Shown here: positions 26,001 through 39,400 of the stretch, in pieces
Layout of the letters: each line of letters begins with the position of its first letter
How positions within the stretch are numbered: position 1 is the first letter of the stretch
NCBI GenBank assembly: GCA_951406725.2
Contig: OX597843.1
Location: 6,386,001-6,450,000, forward strand
Length of the DNA stretch: 64,000 bases
DNA from: Octopus vulgaris
Taxonomy: Eukaryota
Reading direction: 5' to 3'
Position numbers and translations under genes: made by a program
The notes under the pieces: model-generated
What the model was told of the DNA's origin: nothing
The model's input: only the letters and a program-made list of their open reading frames with translations
Database searches by the model: none

Positions 26001-27203
26001 CCACACCACCCCACAACACTAAAACGCTATCCTCACAACGTCCCACAACACTAAAACGCTATCCTCACAACATCCCACAACACTAAAACGCTATCCTCAC
26101 AACATCCCACCACACCACCCCACAACACTAAAACGCTATCCTCACAACATTAAAACGCTATCCTCACAACATCCCACCACACCACCCCACAACATCCCAC
26201 CACCCCACAACATCCCACCACCCCACAACATCCCACCACCCCACAACATCCCACCACCCCACCACACAACACTAAAACGCTATCCTCACAACATCCCACA
26301 ACACCATCCTAACAACACATTTACATTTAGTATCACAGTATTGACCAGTCACCAGATGCTGTTATACACCACTGGTCACAATGCACTTCCAAGTTTGTCT
26401 TGATTGTGTCATTCTTTTCTATCTTGACTCAAACTGCTTAACTAAATCGTCTTCTCATTGGTGTTGAGGCCTTATATTTTCTTATTTCTGTGTCCTATAT
26501 AAGGTCACAGATTGTGTCGTATAGCCAGCTGGAGACAATGTCTCCTGGGGCTAAATTACAGCAACATTCGTCTTAAACAAGGACTGTCATGTTATGTTGG
26601 CAAACAATCTTTACTACAAACTACTGTTGCTGAATATCTCATCTGACATTTAAAAATAGTTATTTTCTAAGCTTTACACTACACTCTACTATGTTCTGAA
26701 TAGAATATCCCTCTGCAACACTGTAAATAAATTCCCTTCTGGGAATGACCGAGTTTAAAAGTCTGCTGGATCTCACTCTTAAGAGAATCTTACATTGCTT
26801 ATAAAATCTATTTCTGGATGGACTCATTTTAAACTCTGTTGGACTTTTGGATTTTACTCATAGGATACTGGAATATTACACATATATACCATTCTGCCTA
26901 TAAAACGGATTTCCAACTTCAATACCCATACACATCTTGCATCTATTTTCTTTCCTCCACCTCACTCTCTATTTTGTATCACATCTAAACTCTAACTACA
27001 ACTTTACTTTTCCTCTCACACCGGCCCCGATGAAGGGATATAATTAATAAATATCTTAGAAACAGCTGTAAAACCTTCTATCTATAAATGCTCTAATATC
27101 TACACAGCCTTGGTTTTTTATGTTATTACACAAAAAATTCTTATAAATATATTTATGTATATTTGCAAATGGATGCATGGCATTCAATCAAATAATAATA
27201 TAA

Positions 27204-27258
<55 letters not shown>

Positions 27259-27622
27259 ATATGTAGAAAAATACAAACTGGGACAAGAACGTAAAACATT
27301 TAGAAGACGATACAAAAAACACGGACGGGACATTCGAAGCCTTCAATCTTCAGTCAAGAACCGGATCATCCTAGCAATTTCGGCTGATTAATTTATATAT
27401 ATATATATACACACACATACATATATGAGTATAGGATGTCACCAACAGGAAACAACATAAAATACGAAAACGAATGTGTTTGATACGCAAGCAACTAGAG
27501 ACAAATGGAAGACAGGACAAGTAACATAAAGAACGACCCTTCATCAGTCGTCGGCTGTTTTGTCTACTCCTCATTTCGAGCATTCAACGACAATGCTCGA
27601 AATGAGAAGTAGATAGATTCTT

Positions 27623-27653
<31 letters not shown>

Positions 27654-30600
27654 GCATGTCAGTAGCACAGAGAAGTACTTTTCACTGCTGTGCCCAGTCC
27701 ATGTGGCTGTAACTAGGGACCACCTGCAACAACGTAATCATAAAACTCACCTCCATTACACTTTCTTCATTTTCTTTCTTCAGTTGTGAAACAGCACTGT
27801 CTGTTGATAGAGAACAAAAGCAGAGGGGTCAGTTCGGTCGCATACCCTTCCCCATCTCTATTTTCAGTGGGGTTGAGGGGGAACTTGAGGGAGATTTGGC
27901 TACTATTTTTCACAAGTTCAGAGACAACACAATTCTATATTTCTGTGATGAGGAATTTATTCTGCGAGGGATTGCTGAAAAGTTGCTGGTTTTTAAGGAT
28001 ATCACGAAAGGCCTGGTTGGAGGCACAATCTTCCAAGTTCTTTTATAGGGTTTAGAAAAACTGAAGGACCGCTGCAATAAGTGTGTGAATCTACGCGACT
28101 CTACTGCATTAACCAACATCTTGATCTACTACACTATGCCTGTCACGGGTCACAACAGAGAGAATATTTGGTTTTGTTTTTCTTAATGTTTGTTGGTTAT
28201 GAATTACTGACAAGGTTGTAGGACATTGCAATCAGCAAATTAGCCATAGAATAATCCTTTCTACTACAAACACAAAACCTGAAGTTTGGGGGAGGGGGCT
28301 AGTTGATCCCATCAACCCCCCAGGGTTTGACTGGTACTATTTTATCAACCTGGAAAGGACTGTTGTCCCATCTAGGGGGGGACAACACACTTACATTACA
28401 GAATCCAGGGAATTAGCCTTATGAGCCTAGAGCTTGGTAAGGCCCTTGAGGCATTGGCTTTAGTGGTCAAGATATTCAACTCAAGATCCTAAGATTGGGG
28501 TTTCAATTCCTGGACTGAGCAACTGATTGTGTTCTTGAGCAAAACATTTCACTTCACGTTGCTCCAGTCCAAATGAAAAAACCAGGGACAGACCAGGGTC
28601 CCATCCAGGGAGGATAATATAACCCGATAAACTGGCCCTTATCAGCTTGTGGCACAGCAAGGACCTTTGATACCCACAGCCTACCAGATACCCTCGCTCT
28701 AATATGTACCCTCTCCTATCACATACACACCCTTACTATTAGGTACCCAAAGGTAAGAGGGGGGAGCTGTTTAAAGCTGTACCATTCTAAAGACAGAGAC
28801 TTACCATCCTCAGAGGTATCAGCATCACCATTGGCTAACGAGTGGCCAGCTGGGGCATTTTTCTGAGCTAATTGCTCCTCGAGGGCCTTGACCTTCTCCA
28901 GAAGTTCCTTGTTTTCTTTCGATAGAGATTCTGTTAAAGAACTGGAGTTTTCTTTTAACCGGCTGTTTTCTTTCTGAAGTTGTTTCATCTGCAAAGAACC
29001 AAAAAAAACCATAAGAAAATTATAAACCAAAAAAACAAATAAACAGGAGCAGACGGGTGATCCCTTATGAAGATCTTAACGTTTCCAGGGGACCCAGGCA
29101 TGGCTGTGTGGTAAGAAGCTTGCTTCCCAGTGACACGGTTCTGGGTTCAGTTCCACAGCATGGCACCTTGGGCAAGGGTCTTCTACTATAGCCTCAGGCT
29201 AACCGAAGCCTTGTGAGTGGACTTGGTAGATGGAAACCGAAAGAAGCCCATCATATAGCAAGTGTCTTCTACTAAACCCTTGCGAGTGGACTTGGTAGAT
29301 GGAAACTGAAAGAAGCCCATCATATATATCGTCATCATTGCTTGATGTCCGCTTTCCCTGCTGGCATGAGCTGGACGGTTTGACATGGAACTGGCCAGCA
29401 AAGAGCTGTCCAGACTCCAACCGTCTGTTGGGGCAGGGTTTCTGTGACTGGATGCCCTTCCTTTTAAGATCTTTGTAATGTGTGTGTGTGTGTGTGGGGG
29501 ATCTCCCACCATCACTTGAAAACCAGTGTTGGTGTGTTTACATCCCTCTAACTTAGTGGTTCAGCATAAGTGACCAATAGAATAAGTACCAGGTTTTAAA
29601 ACCAAAGGAGTACTGGGGTCAATTTATTTGACCAATGTCCTTGAAGGTGGTGCCCCAGCATGGCCATAGTCAAATGACTAAAACAAATACTCTTTTGTTC
29701 TTTTACTTGTTTCAGTTATTTGACTGTGGCCATACTAGAGCACCGCCTTTAGTCAAGCAAATCGACCCCAGGACTTATTCTTTGGAAGCCTAGTACTTAT
29801 TCTACACACACACATACGATGGGTTTCTTTCAGTTTCCATCTACCAAATCCACTCATAAGGCTTTGGTCAGTCCAGAGCTACAGTAGAGACACTTGCCTA
29901 AGGTGCTGCACAGTGGGACTGAACCAGAAACCATTCGGTTACAAAACAGACTTCTCAACTACTCAGTCATCCATCAAAAAGCCCCATCATCATCATCATT
30001 GTTCGACTGTGGTCGAGACAATGGAATTTACCATGCTACGCCAGACTTCACGGTCCATCATGGCATTACGGAGGTCCTGTTGCTGGATGCCTGTATCCCT
30101 GGAGATTACATCAGGGTAGGAGAGTGTGCGCCCTCTGGTATTGCGAGTAGATGGCTTCCAGAGGAGAAGAGTAGAAATTACCTCTTTTTCAGCTCTACAA
30201 CAATGTCCAGCAAACTGGACTCTCCTACCTTTCACAAGAGATGACACAGGTGGTAGTTTCCCATATATTTGCATTTTGGTTGGATGAGGCTTCCACGAGA
30301 GATTTTGAGCTCTCGTAAGGAGGCGAGTATAGGTTCCATCCAATCACCTCTCAAGCCCCACCCAAACCATGCCAGCAGAGAAAAGCAGACACACACACAA
30401 AAAAAAAAAAACAGAAAGAAAGAAGGAAAACGGCTCCGCTGCTCTCAAAGAATCAAATGATTGCAGACCTACCTGGTTGGACTGGCTGGTCAGCTTGGAA
30501 TCTCTCTCTTGGAGAGCTCCTGATCTCAATTCCACCTGGTCAACAAGGGCTTTCTTTTCTGATTCGATTTCTTTTAACTGAGCACTGTATCTGGTGAAAT

Positions 30601-30879
30601 AAGGGAGACGCCTTAAGGATTTGCTTTTGCTCTCCTTTGGGAGGATGTGTGTGTGTGTGTGGGGGGGGTATGTGGGAATTCATGAAGTGGGGCATAGGGG
30701 TCACAGGATCTTCAGACAGCAATGGATAATATTAACTGCATATATATATATATGCACACAGACACACACAAATACATATATGTATACACATAAACACATA
30801 TACAAGCACGTATACACACGCACTCTAACATATGTATACACACACATGTACTTATATATTTATACCCATCCATCTATAC

Positions 30880-30926
<47 letters not shown>

Positions 30927-33900
30927 GGAGTAAACACATAAATGTGAAACAAGGTGGAAAAAAGAGTACTCAAATACCAGTGGTAGAGTAATATGCTTTA
31001 TTTAAGCAGCAGAAAATTCAACAAAACCTGTTACTCTGAGTTTCCCGTTGCCGTTCATCAGACAGTTTTTTCTCGCAAAAACTCTCCGATGAATGGCAAC
31101 GGGAAACTCAGAGTAACAGGTTTTGTTGAATTTTCTGCTGCTTTAAAAAAGCATATATATATATATACCCACCTAAATATATATAGATATATAATGACGA
31201 TGACATACATATACACATGTACACACATGCACAAACACACGTATGCATATATCCACACACACATAATATACATACACATACAAATATATAGCATATTGTC
31301 AACAGGTACACACTCAGTGTATTGCGGGTCGACATGATGGGCACACACTGGATGATGGACAGATCCACATTCTTTGAAAACATACATGTGAGTGTGTGTG
31401 TGTATATATATACACACACCCACACAGAGTTGTAGGCAGATAAATATACAAATACAAACATTAATGTGGGTATATATATATATATATATATATACATATA
31501 CACACACATTTCCATAGAGAATATATGCATGATAAATTATGAAGGAACATCTCCATAGAGATACTGAAAGTTAAAATGAACTTCCACACAGAGAAATGTA
31601 AAAATAAATCCACAAAGTGGAGGTTGGATGTAGCAAAATTTCCACACGGAAGACAGACGATACAAAATTAACACAGAAACATTTCCACAGGTCTGGTCAA
31701 TGACAATATATGAAAACAAAAATTTTACAAAATCTACACACTGTGGAAATACTTTGTTGTGTGTACCACCACCTTTATGGACCGACTTTCCACAGAGGTG
31801 GCGAACGCAACAATATTTACACACATAAAGCATTTCTATAGTGGGTTGGATGCAACAAAATTTCTACACACAAAACAATGCATTTTTACAGAGGTGATGA
31901 ATGATAAAAAGTTCTACACAGATTTTGGATGCAACTAAATGTACACACAGCAAAAAAAAAAAAAAAAAAATTCCACAGCAGTGTTGGATGATAGAAGTTT
32001 ACACTCAGAAAAAGTATTTCCACAGAGGAATTGGATGCAACAAAATTTGTACAAAAAGCATTTCCACAGAGGTAAAGGATGCAACAACATTTACACAAAA
32101 AGAAGGCACTTCCACAGAGGTGTTGACTGATAACATTTACAGACAGACAAAGCATTTCCACAGAAGTGGTAGGTGATAAGATTAACATAGACAGAAAGTA
32201 TTTCCACAGAGGTAGGGATGCAACAAAATTTACACACACGTAGAAAAAATATTTCCACAAAAACAGTGAAACACACACAAAGAAAGCGTTTCCGTTGAAG
32301 TGATGGATGCAACAAAGGCGACGGACAAAGACAGATTTTCCACAGTGGTAAAAATGGATGCTACCAGGTTTTTACCCACTGAGAACAATTGTCCACAGAA
32401 AGTGGTGGGTGCCAATGAGTTTGCACAATGCAAACTATATCGAAACCCAGTTCTTAAGAAAATACAGAAATGGCAAAAAAATGATGCGGAAGAATTTACA
32501 AGTTTCCACAGACAAATACCATCCGCTACAAATTTTTATATCAGAGATAGCCATTTAGCTCTGAGGTTTTCCAGAGATGGAAGGGGACTGGAAAGATGTG
32601 GTTGGGGTGTTCATGCCTTGTCAAGAAGCATCATTGTTTGATATGCTATTTGATAATCCTAAATTTTAAGAGGATAATCCTATATTTTAAATTGACAATT
32701 CTATATATTAAGCTGATAATTTGATAATTCAAACTGATAACCAACGAATGTTTCAGAATTAAAAACCATGAAAAAACCAGGATGTAATTACATGGGGTGC
32801 ACCCTGGTGACCAGTTATCGTAAGGGAGATAACAATTTCTGAATAAAAGATGCTGATATTCTATGCATTGTAGCAACAAGACTTGACTGGCCTGATGCTT
32901 TCGTGTTGTCGTGGCTGGATGCTTTCCACTGATGAATTCCAGTAAAATGAAATCACGGGATACAGCAATTCCATGCGATTGGGAAGCAAACCTTTTACCA
33001 TACCTGCACACCTGTGCTTGCATTTTATTATTTTTTGGTCACTCATTACAAAGATAGAGGTGCGTGGCTTAATGGTTAGGGGTGTTGGACACATGACTGT
33101 ACGATTGTGGTTTCAATTCCTATACTGGGCATTGCATTGTGTTCTTGAGCAAAACACTTCGTTTCATGTTGTTCCAGTTCACTCAGTTGGCAAAAATGAG
33201 TAACCCTGCGACAGACTGGCGTCCCATCCAGGGGGGGGGGTAGTATACACGGCATGGAAATTAGGAAACCAGCCCTTATGTGTTTACATGACTTGGGAAG
33301 GAACTCAACTGTTACATTGTTACATTACAAAGATCCAGAGGCAATCATGTGTGGTGCCATTTCATTCTTATTAGAACTCTTCCGCATAACGTAATGTGAG
33401 GCAAAGGAAATTAGACCAAATGGAACACTTTTATTAAAATACAAAAAAAAAAATAAATAAATAAAATTGAAAAATAAAGTATAAAAGAAATGAAGAAATA
33501 ACAACAAAAACAACAATATTAAAAAGAAATGGAGAAAACAAACCCAGGCAACAATATGATGATGCTGATGTTGTTGTTGTTAAACCAAGCTACTTAACCT
33601 TTAGCACACATAGGTGCATCATGTTGCCGTATGAGTTTTCTCCCCTGTAGCTGCAAGCACATTGTGTTACACTGAGAGGGGAGAAAACTGGTATGGTGAC
33701 ATTATGCGTCTACAGCATGCTGAAGGTTAACAACAACAACAACAACAACAATAATAGATTACGATGACCATAACAGCAGTAGAAACAACATCGTCAAGAC
33801 CCATGCTGACTGATACTAACGACGATGACCACAACACCAACAGAACTTTCAGAGAATTTCCTTACCATTTTTTTGATGTAGATTGTGATGAGGATGGTGG

Positions 33901-36406
33901 TGGTGGTGGTGGTGGTGGTCACAGGATTTGAAAATGGAGGAAAGAATGTGATGAGAGAAGGCGGTGGATGGGACATAATGAAAGAGGGAGAACAAGGGGC
34001 AAAAATACGATTGTTAATAATGTCATGGAGACGGGATGTCACAGATGAGAGAAGGTCATATATCGTTGCTATTATGCAAAAGTGTTGTAAGTCCAAAATA
34101 TTGCTTTTTTCAGAAAAGGCAAAAATAGTTTCACCGTTCCATAGCAAAACCTTTCTACTACGCTTTGACGATTTTTGATATCTTGGCATCTGAAGCAGAT
34201 GGAGATACGACAGTTTGACTAAAAGAACAGGCTGTTGCAAGCAAAAATAAATATTGAAAAAAATGCATTTGGCCAAATTTGGACACACGGCAGATTAACA
34301 TAATAGCAACGATATATATATATATATATCTGGCGAGCTGGCAGAAACGTTAGCACGCCGGGTGAAATGCTTAGCAGTATTTCGTCTGCCGCTACGTTCT
34401 GAGTTCAAATTCCGCCGAGGTCGACTTTGCCTTTCATCCTTTCGGGGTCGATAAATTAAGTACCAGTTATGCACTGGGGTCGATATAGTCGACTTAATCC
34501 GTTTGTCTGTCCTGTTTGTCCTCTCTGTGTTAGGTCCCTTGTGGGTAGTAAAGAAATATATATATATATATATATATCTGGCTGCTATTTTCAGCATGGC
34601 AGTATCTCGTAGATACCCTAAGTTATAATTCTAATAATAATTATTACCTTTTAAGGATTTTATTTCCATGCTGGCCACTTAATGAGATCGTTATTTAATT
34701 TAAATTAACGATCTTATCCTTATTTATATGAATTTAACATCTCCGCAGTAAATACAATCATCATCATCATCATCATCATCATCTTTTAGCGTCCGTTCTC
34801 CATGCTAGCATGGGTTGGACGGAATTCAACTGAAGCCTTCAGGCTTCCCAGACCCCAGTTGAACCGTCCAACCCATGCTAGCATGGAGAACGGACGCTAA
34901 AAGATGATGATGATGATGATGATGATTGTATTTACTGCGGAGATGTTTTAACCGTATTGCACATGGAATTAAGAAGCGGGCATTTTAAACTGGTCATGAT
35001 GCATACGTGCATATATATGTATGTATGTATACATTCATATATGTAAGTATTTGTATGTATTTATGTTTCTCTCTGCGTATAGTCCACTGATGAGGCAAAG
35101 CATTTCTAAATGCAAAGTCAGAAATCCAGGATCGGGATTTATGCAGTAATTTTTTACTAGTTTTATTTTGTCTTTTTGTCTTCTCTACTTGTGCTATATG
35201 AACACTTTCCTTATTGTTGGTGGTGTTTAGCCCCAGGTCAGTCCTGATCCATTACACCTATGATCACTTTGATCATGTTCCAGCTGTGAGCATCCCGTCT
35301 TTTATTCAGACAGTGTACCTCGGACTACATTATTTAATGTGTTCCCTTTGTTGTTGTTTAGCCCCAGGTCTGTCCTGATCCAATGGACCCATGATCAAAG
35401 ATGTTCCAGCTGTGACCATCCCATCTATTATCCAGACACAGAGTATCTAGGACTACATTATCTAATGTGTCCTTTTGGTTTTAGAGTCAGATCTGGCTGC
35501 TATTTCCAGCGTAGTGGTATCTCTTAGATACCCTAAATTATAATTTTAATAATAATTATTACCTTTGAAGGTTTTTTATTTCCATGCTGGCCACTTGATA
35601 AGATCGATAATTAAATTAGCAATCTTATCCTTAATTATATAAATTTAAATTTATTTCGTGGGCTGGATATGGCTGGTTTAAATGTTAATAGTTTAAGTGA
35701 AATCCTCAAGCTCCCTCTCCCCAGCAGGAGCAGACCCCTGCCCCAAAGGGATAAAAGAGAAAAGGGTCAACCTACTGTTTGTGGATGTCCTGTAGTTTCT
35801 TTTCGAATTTTTCGTCTGCAAGCTGTAAAACAGAAACAAAAGGGGAGATAAACATTGGGAACTTAGTACGGTATTATCCATGCAGTTTCAAAATAAGGTG
35901 AATAAAATCAAAATAAGCAATAAGGATATCCAGAAGTAATACAGTACGATCGTTTCATGCAACTCCATTTAATTGAACAATGCAAATATTGCATCAATTT
36001 AAATGCAGAGCAATCCTCAGCTGCACAAAGACATAGAATTTAATTAAATTAGAACAGATGGACACATTTGTGTGTGTGTGTGAGAGTGTGTATGTGTGTC
36101 AGAATGTGTGTATGAGAGTGTGTGTGTGTGTGTGAGAGAGTGCATGTGTGTGTGTGAGAGGGTATATGTACATGAGTGTGCATGAGAGAGAGAGAAAGTG
36201 TGTAGGGGAGAGAAAGTGCATATATGTGCACACGCGAAAGAGAGAGAGAGAGAGGCAGAGAGTGTGTGCATGAGAGAGAGAGAGAGTGTGTGCATGTGTT
36301 TCAGAGCAAGTGTGTTCACACAAGAGTGTGTGTGTTTATAGGTGTATGGCAGAGTGTGTGTGTGAGTGTGTTTGTGAGTGTGTGCGTATGGCAGAATGTG
36401 TGTGAG

Positions 36407-36441
<35 letters not shown>

Positions 36442-39400
36442 ACATTGTGTTTGCCTCACCTTTTGGTGATTCAGAAGTTGTTCCTTTGAAGCTGTGAGAT
36501 CTTCCTGAATCTTCTGCTTTTTACTTTCACTTTCCTCCACAGTTTGTTGCAGTTTCACTATTTCACTGTTGGCTTCGTTTCTGGAGAGAGAGAAAGAGAC
36601 AGACAGAGAGTGAGAGAGAGATAAAGACACACACACACACACACACTCATATATATTGTTAATATGGCAGGGTGACACTAAGATATATATGCATGTAAAT
36701 AATGTGCTTGAAAAGGTGCAAAAAAAAAACCCCAGTGAAAAGTGCTTAACACAAAAGCTTTCTTATTTCTTTACTGCCCACAAGGGGCTAAACACAGAGG
36801 GGACAAACAAGGACACACAAATGGATTAAGTCGATTATATCGACCTCAGTGCGTAACTGGTACTTATTTAATCGACTCAGAAAGGATGAAAGGCAAAGTC
36901 AACCTCGGTACAATAATTTGAACACAGAACGTAGCGGCAGACGAAATACCTATTTCTTTATTACCCACAATGTGGGCTAAACAGAGGGGACAAACAAGGA
37001 CAGACATAGGTATTAAGTCGATTACATCGACCCCAGTGCGTAACTGGTACTTAATTTATCGACCCGAAAGGATGAAAGGCAAAGTCGACCTAGGGGGAAT
37101 TTGAACACAGAACGTAGCAGCAGACGAAATACCACTAAGCATTTCGCCCAGAGTGCTAACATTTCTGCCATCTCACCGCCTTACGTAGATACAATATTTA
37201 CTTCTTTACTGCCCATAAGGGGCTAAACATAGAGGGTTAAAAAACAAGGACAGACAAACGGATTAAGTCAATTACATCGACCCCAGATCAGATTGGAGTC
37301 TGGTGCAGCCATCTGGTTCGCCAGTCCTCAGTCAAATTGTCCAACCCATGCTAGCATGGAAAGCGGACGTTAAACGCTGATGATGACACACAACAAAGAG
37401 AACATTAGATAATGTAGTCCTAGATACTCTATGTCTGGATAATAGATGGGATGGTCACAGCTGGAACATCTTTGATCATGGGTCCGTTGGGGCTAAACAA
37501 CAACAAAGGGGGCACATTAAATAATGTAGTCCGAGGTACACTGTCTGAATAAAAGACTGGATGCTCACAGCTGGAACATGATCAAAGTGATCATAGGTGT
37601 AATGGATCAGGACTGACCTGGGGCTAAACACCATCAACAATAAGGAAAGACACATTTGATAATTTAATCCGAGTTACATTATGCCTGAACAAAAGACAGG
37701 ATGGTCACTGTTGGAACGTCTTTGATCATAGATCTGCTACATGAGATCTGATGCAAGACACACAAAAGATTGAAGACAAAACCAATTTCAAACAAAAAGG
37801 AGAAAGCGTACAAGTTTACCAAGGAGTAAAGCAATGAAGAAATACTTACAGTTTCTCAGTTAAGGAGTTTGAGGTTTCCTCGTTGTGTAAAGATTGGGAT
37901 AAAGTTTTCTCTGAAGTGGCCAATTTTCCTTGTAATTTTTCAATCTGGAAAGACGAAAGAGCAAAGAGAGAGGCAGAAGATATTAGTTGGAGGATATCAC
38001 GTCAATGATGTAGGATGAGACGGTTGTGGGGAAATCCTGAAAAAACACCAATCGACCTCGTTCGCCAAGCCTTCAACCGACTCAATGCACGACTCTGGTC
38101 AAGATCTGAGATCCGACGCACCACCAAAGTACAGATCTACCAAGCAGTAGGGCGAACGATTCTTCTTTACGGCAGCAAGTCATGGCCGGCGAGGGTGGAA
38201 GATATTAAGTGACTAGAGTCCTTCGATCACCTCTGTCTACGCCGCATCCTTCGTGTCCGATGGCATCACTTTGTCTTTTGCGACACCAGTGCAGAATCAC
38301 CTCCCTCCGACAAGTCATCCTAACGAGACGTCTGCGTTGGCTGGGTCATGCCCTCCGTCGTCAACCAGGAGAATTTGCCCCAGTTCCCCTTCAGTAAAGA
38401 GCCGTCCTAGAATTTGGACCTGGAGATCTCCATTTCCAGCGACTTCGAGGGCCACCTCCCAGTGGTGTCGGGCGTCAACGAAGAGCCCTCCACTACAACA
38501 AGACGACCAAAGTTTTTTCTTTTTTTTTCACAAGGTCTGGGGTCTCCCATCCCTAAGCCCTAGCCCATCACCTAATCACCCTTACCCGTCTTGTTGCTTA
38601 ACAACAACAGCACTGTTAAGACAGATCCTGCTGATGGTATAAAACACTGGTTTTTCTATGCCAGCATGGGTTAGAGGAATACACATTACCGACACACTGA
38701 CATTTTTTTTTTTTTTTTACACAGCTGGATGCTCTTCCAGCTGCTAACCTTTATCTGTTCTTTCAAAAAAGAGTGTCCAGCACTGACCACTCACCTCTTT
38801 AGTCTTCTGTTCCACTGTAATGTCCAGTTGCTGCAGCTTGGCCTTCATCTCGGTCACACTGACCTGTGTCTGTCCTTGTTCTTGCTGCAGTCGGTTCTTT
38901 TCGCTCTTCAGTTCATTGTTTAGTTTCAGCATCTGGAGATGAGGAAGAGAGAAGATGATGATGATGATGAGGAAGAGAGAAGATGATGATGATGATGAGG
39001 AAGAGAGAAGATGATGATGAGGAAGAGAGAAGATGATGATGATGATGAGGAAGAGAGAAGATGATGATGATGAGGAGGAGGAGAGAAGATGATGATGATG
39101 ATGAGGAGGAGGAGACAAGATGATGATGAGGAGGAGGAGGAGGAGGAGGAGGAGAAAAGATGATGATGATGAGGAGGAGGAAGAGAGAAGATGATGATGA
39201 TGAAGAGAGAAGATGATGATGATGAGGAGGAAGAGAGACAGGGTGGTGGTGGTGAAATCGATCATTATACAATGTTATAGTAGCGTAGTGGTGGTGGTGG
39301 TAGTGTTCAGCGCTATTGGCAGTGTTTGGTGGCAGGCTCTTGTGCCGGTGGCACGTAAAAAGCACCCACTACACTCGCGGAGTGGTTGGCGTTAGGAAGG

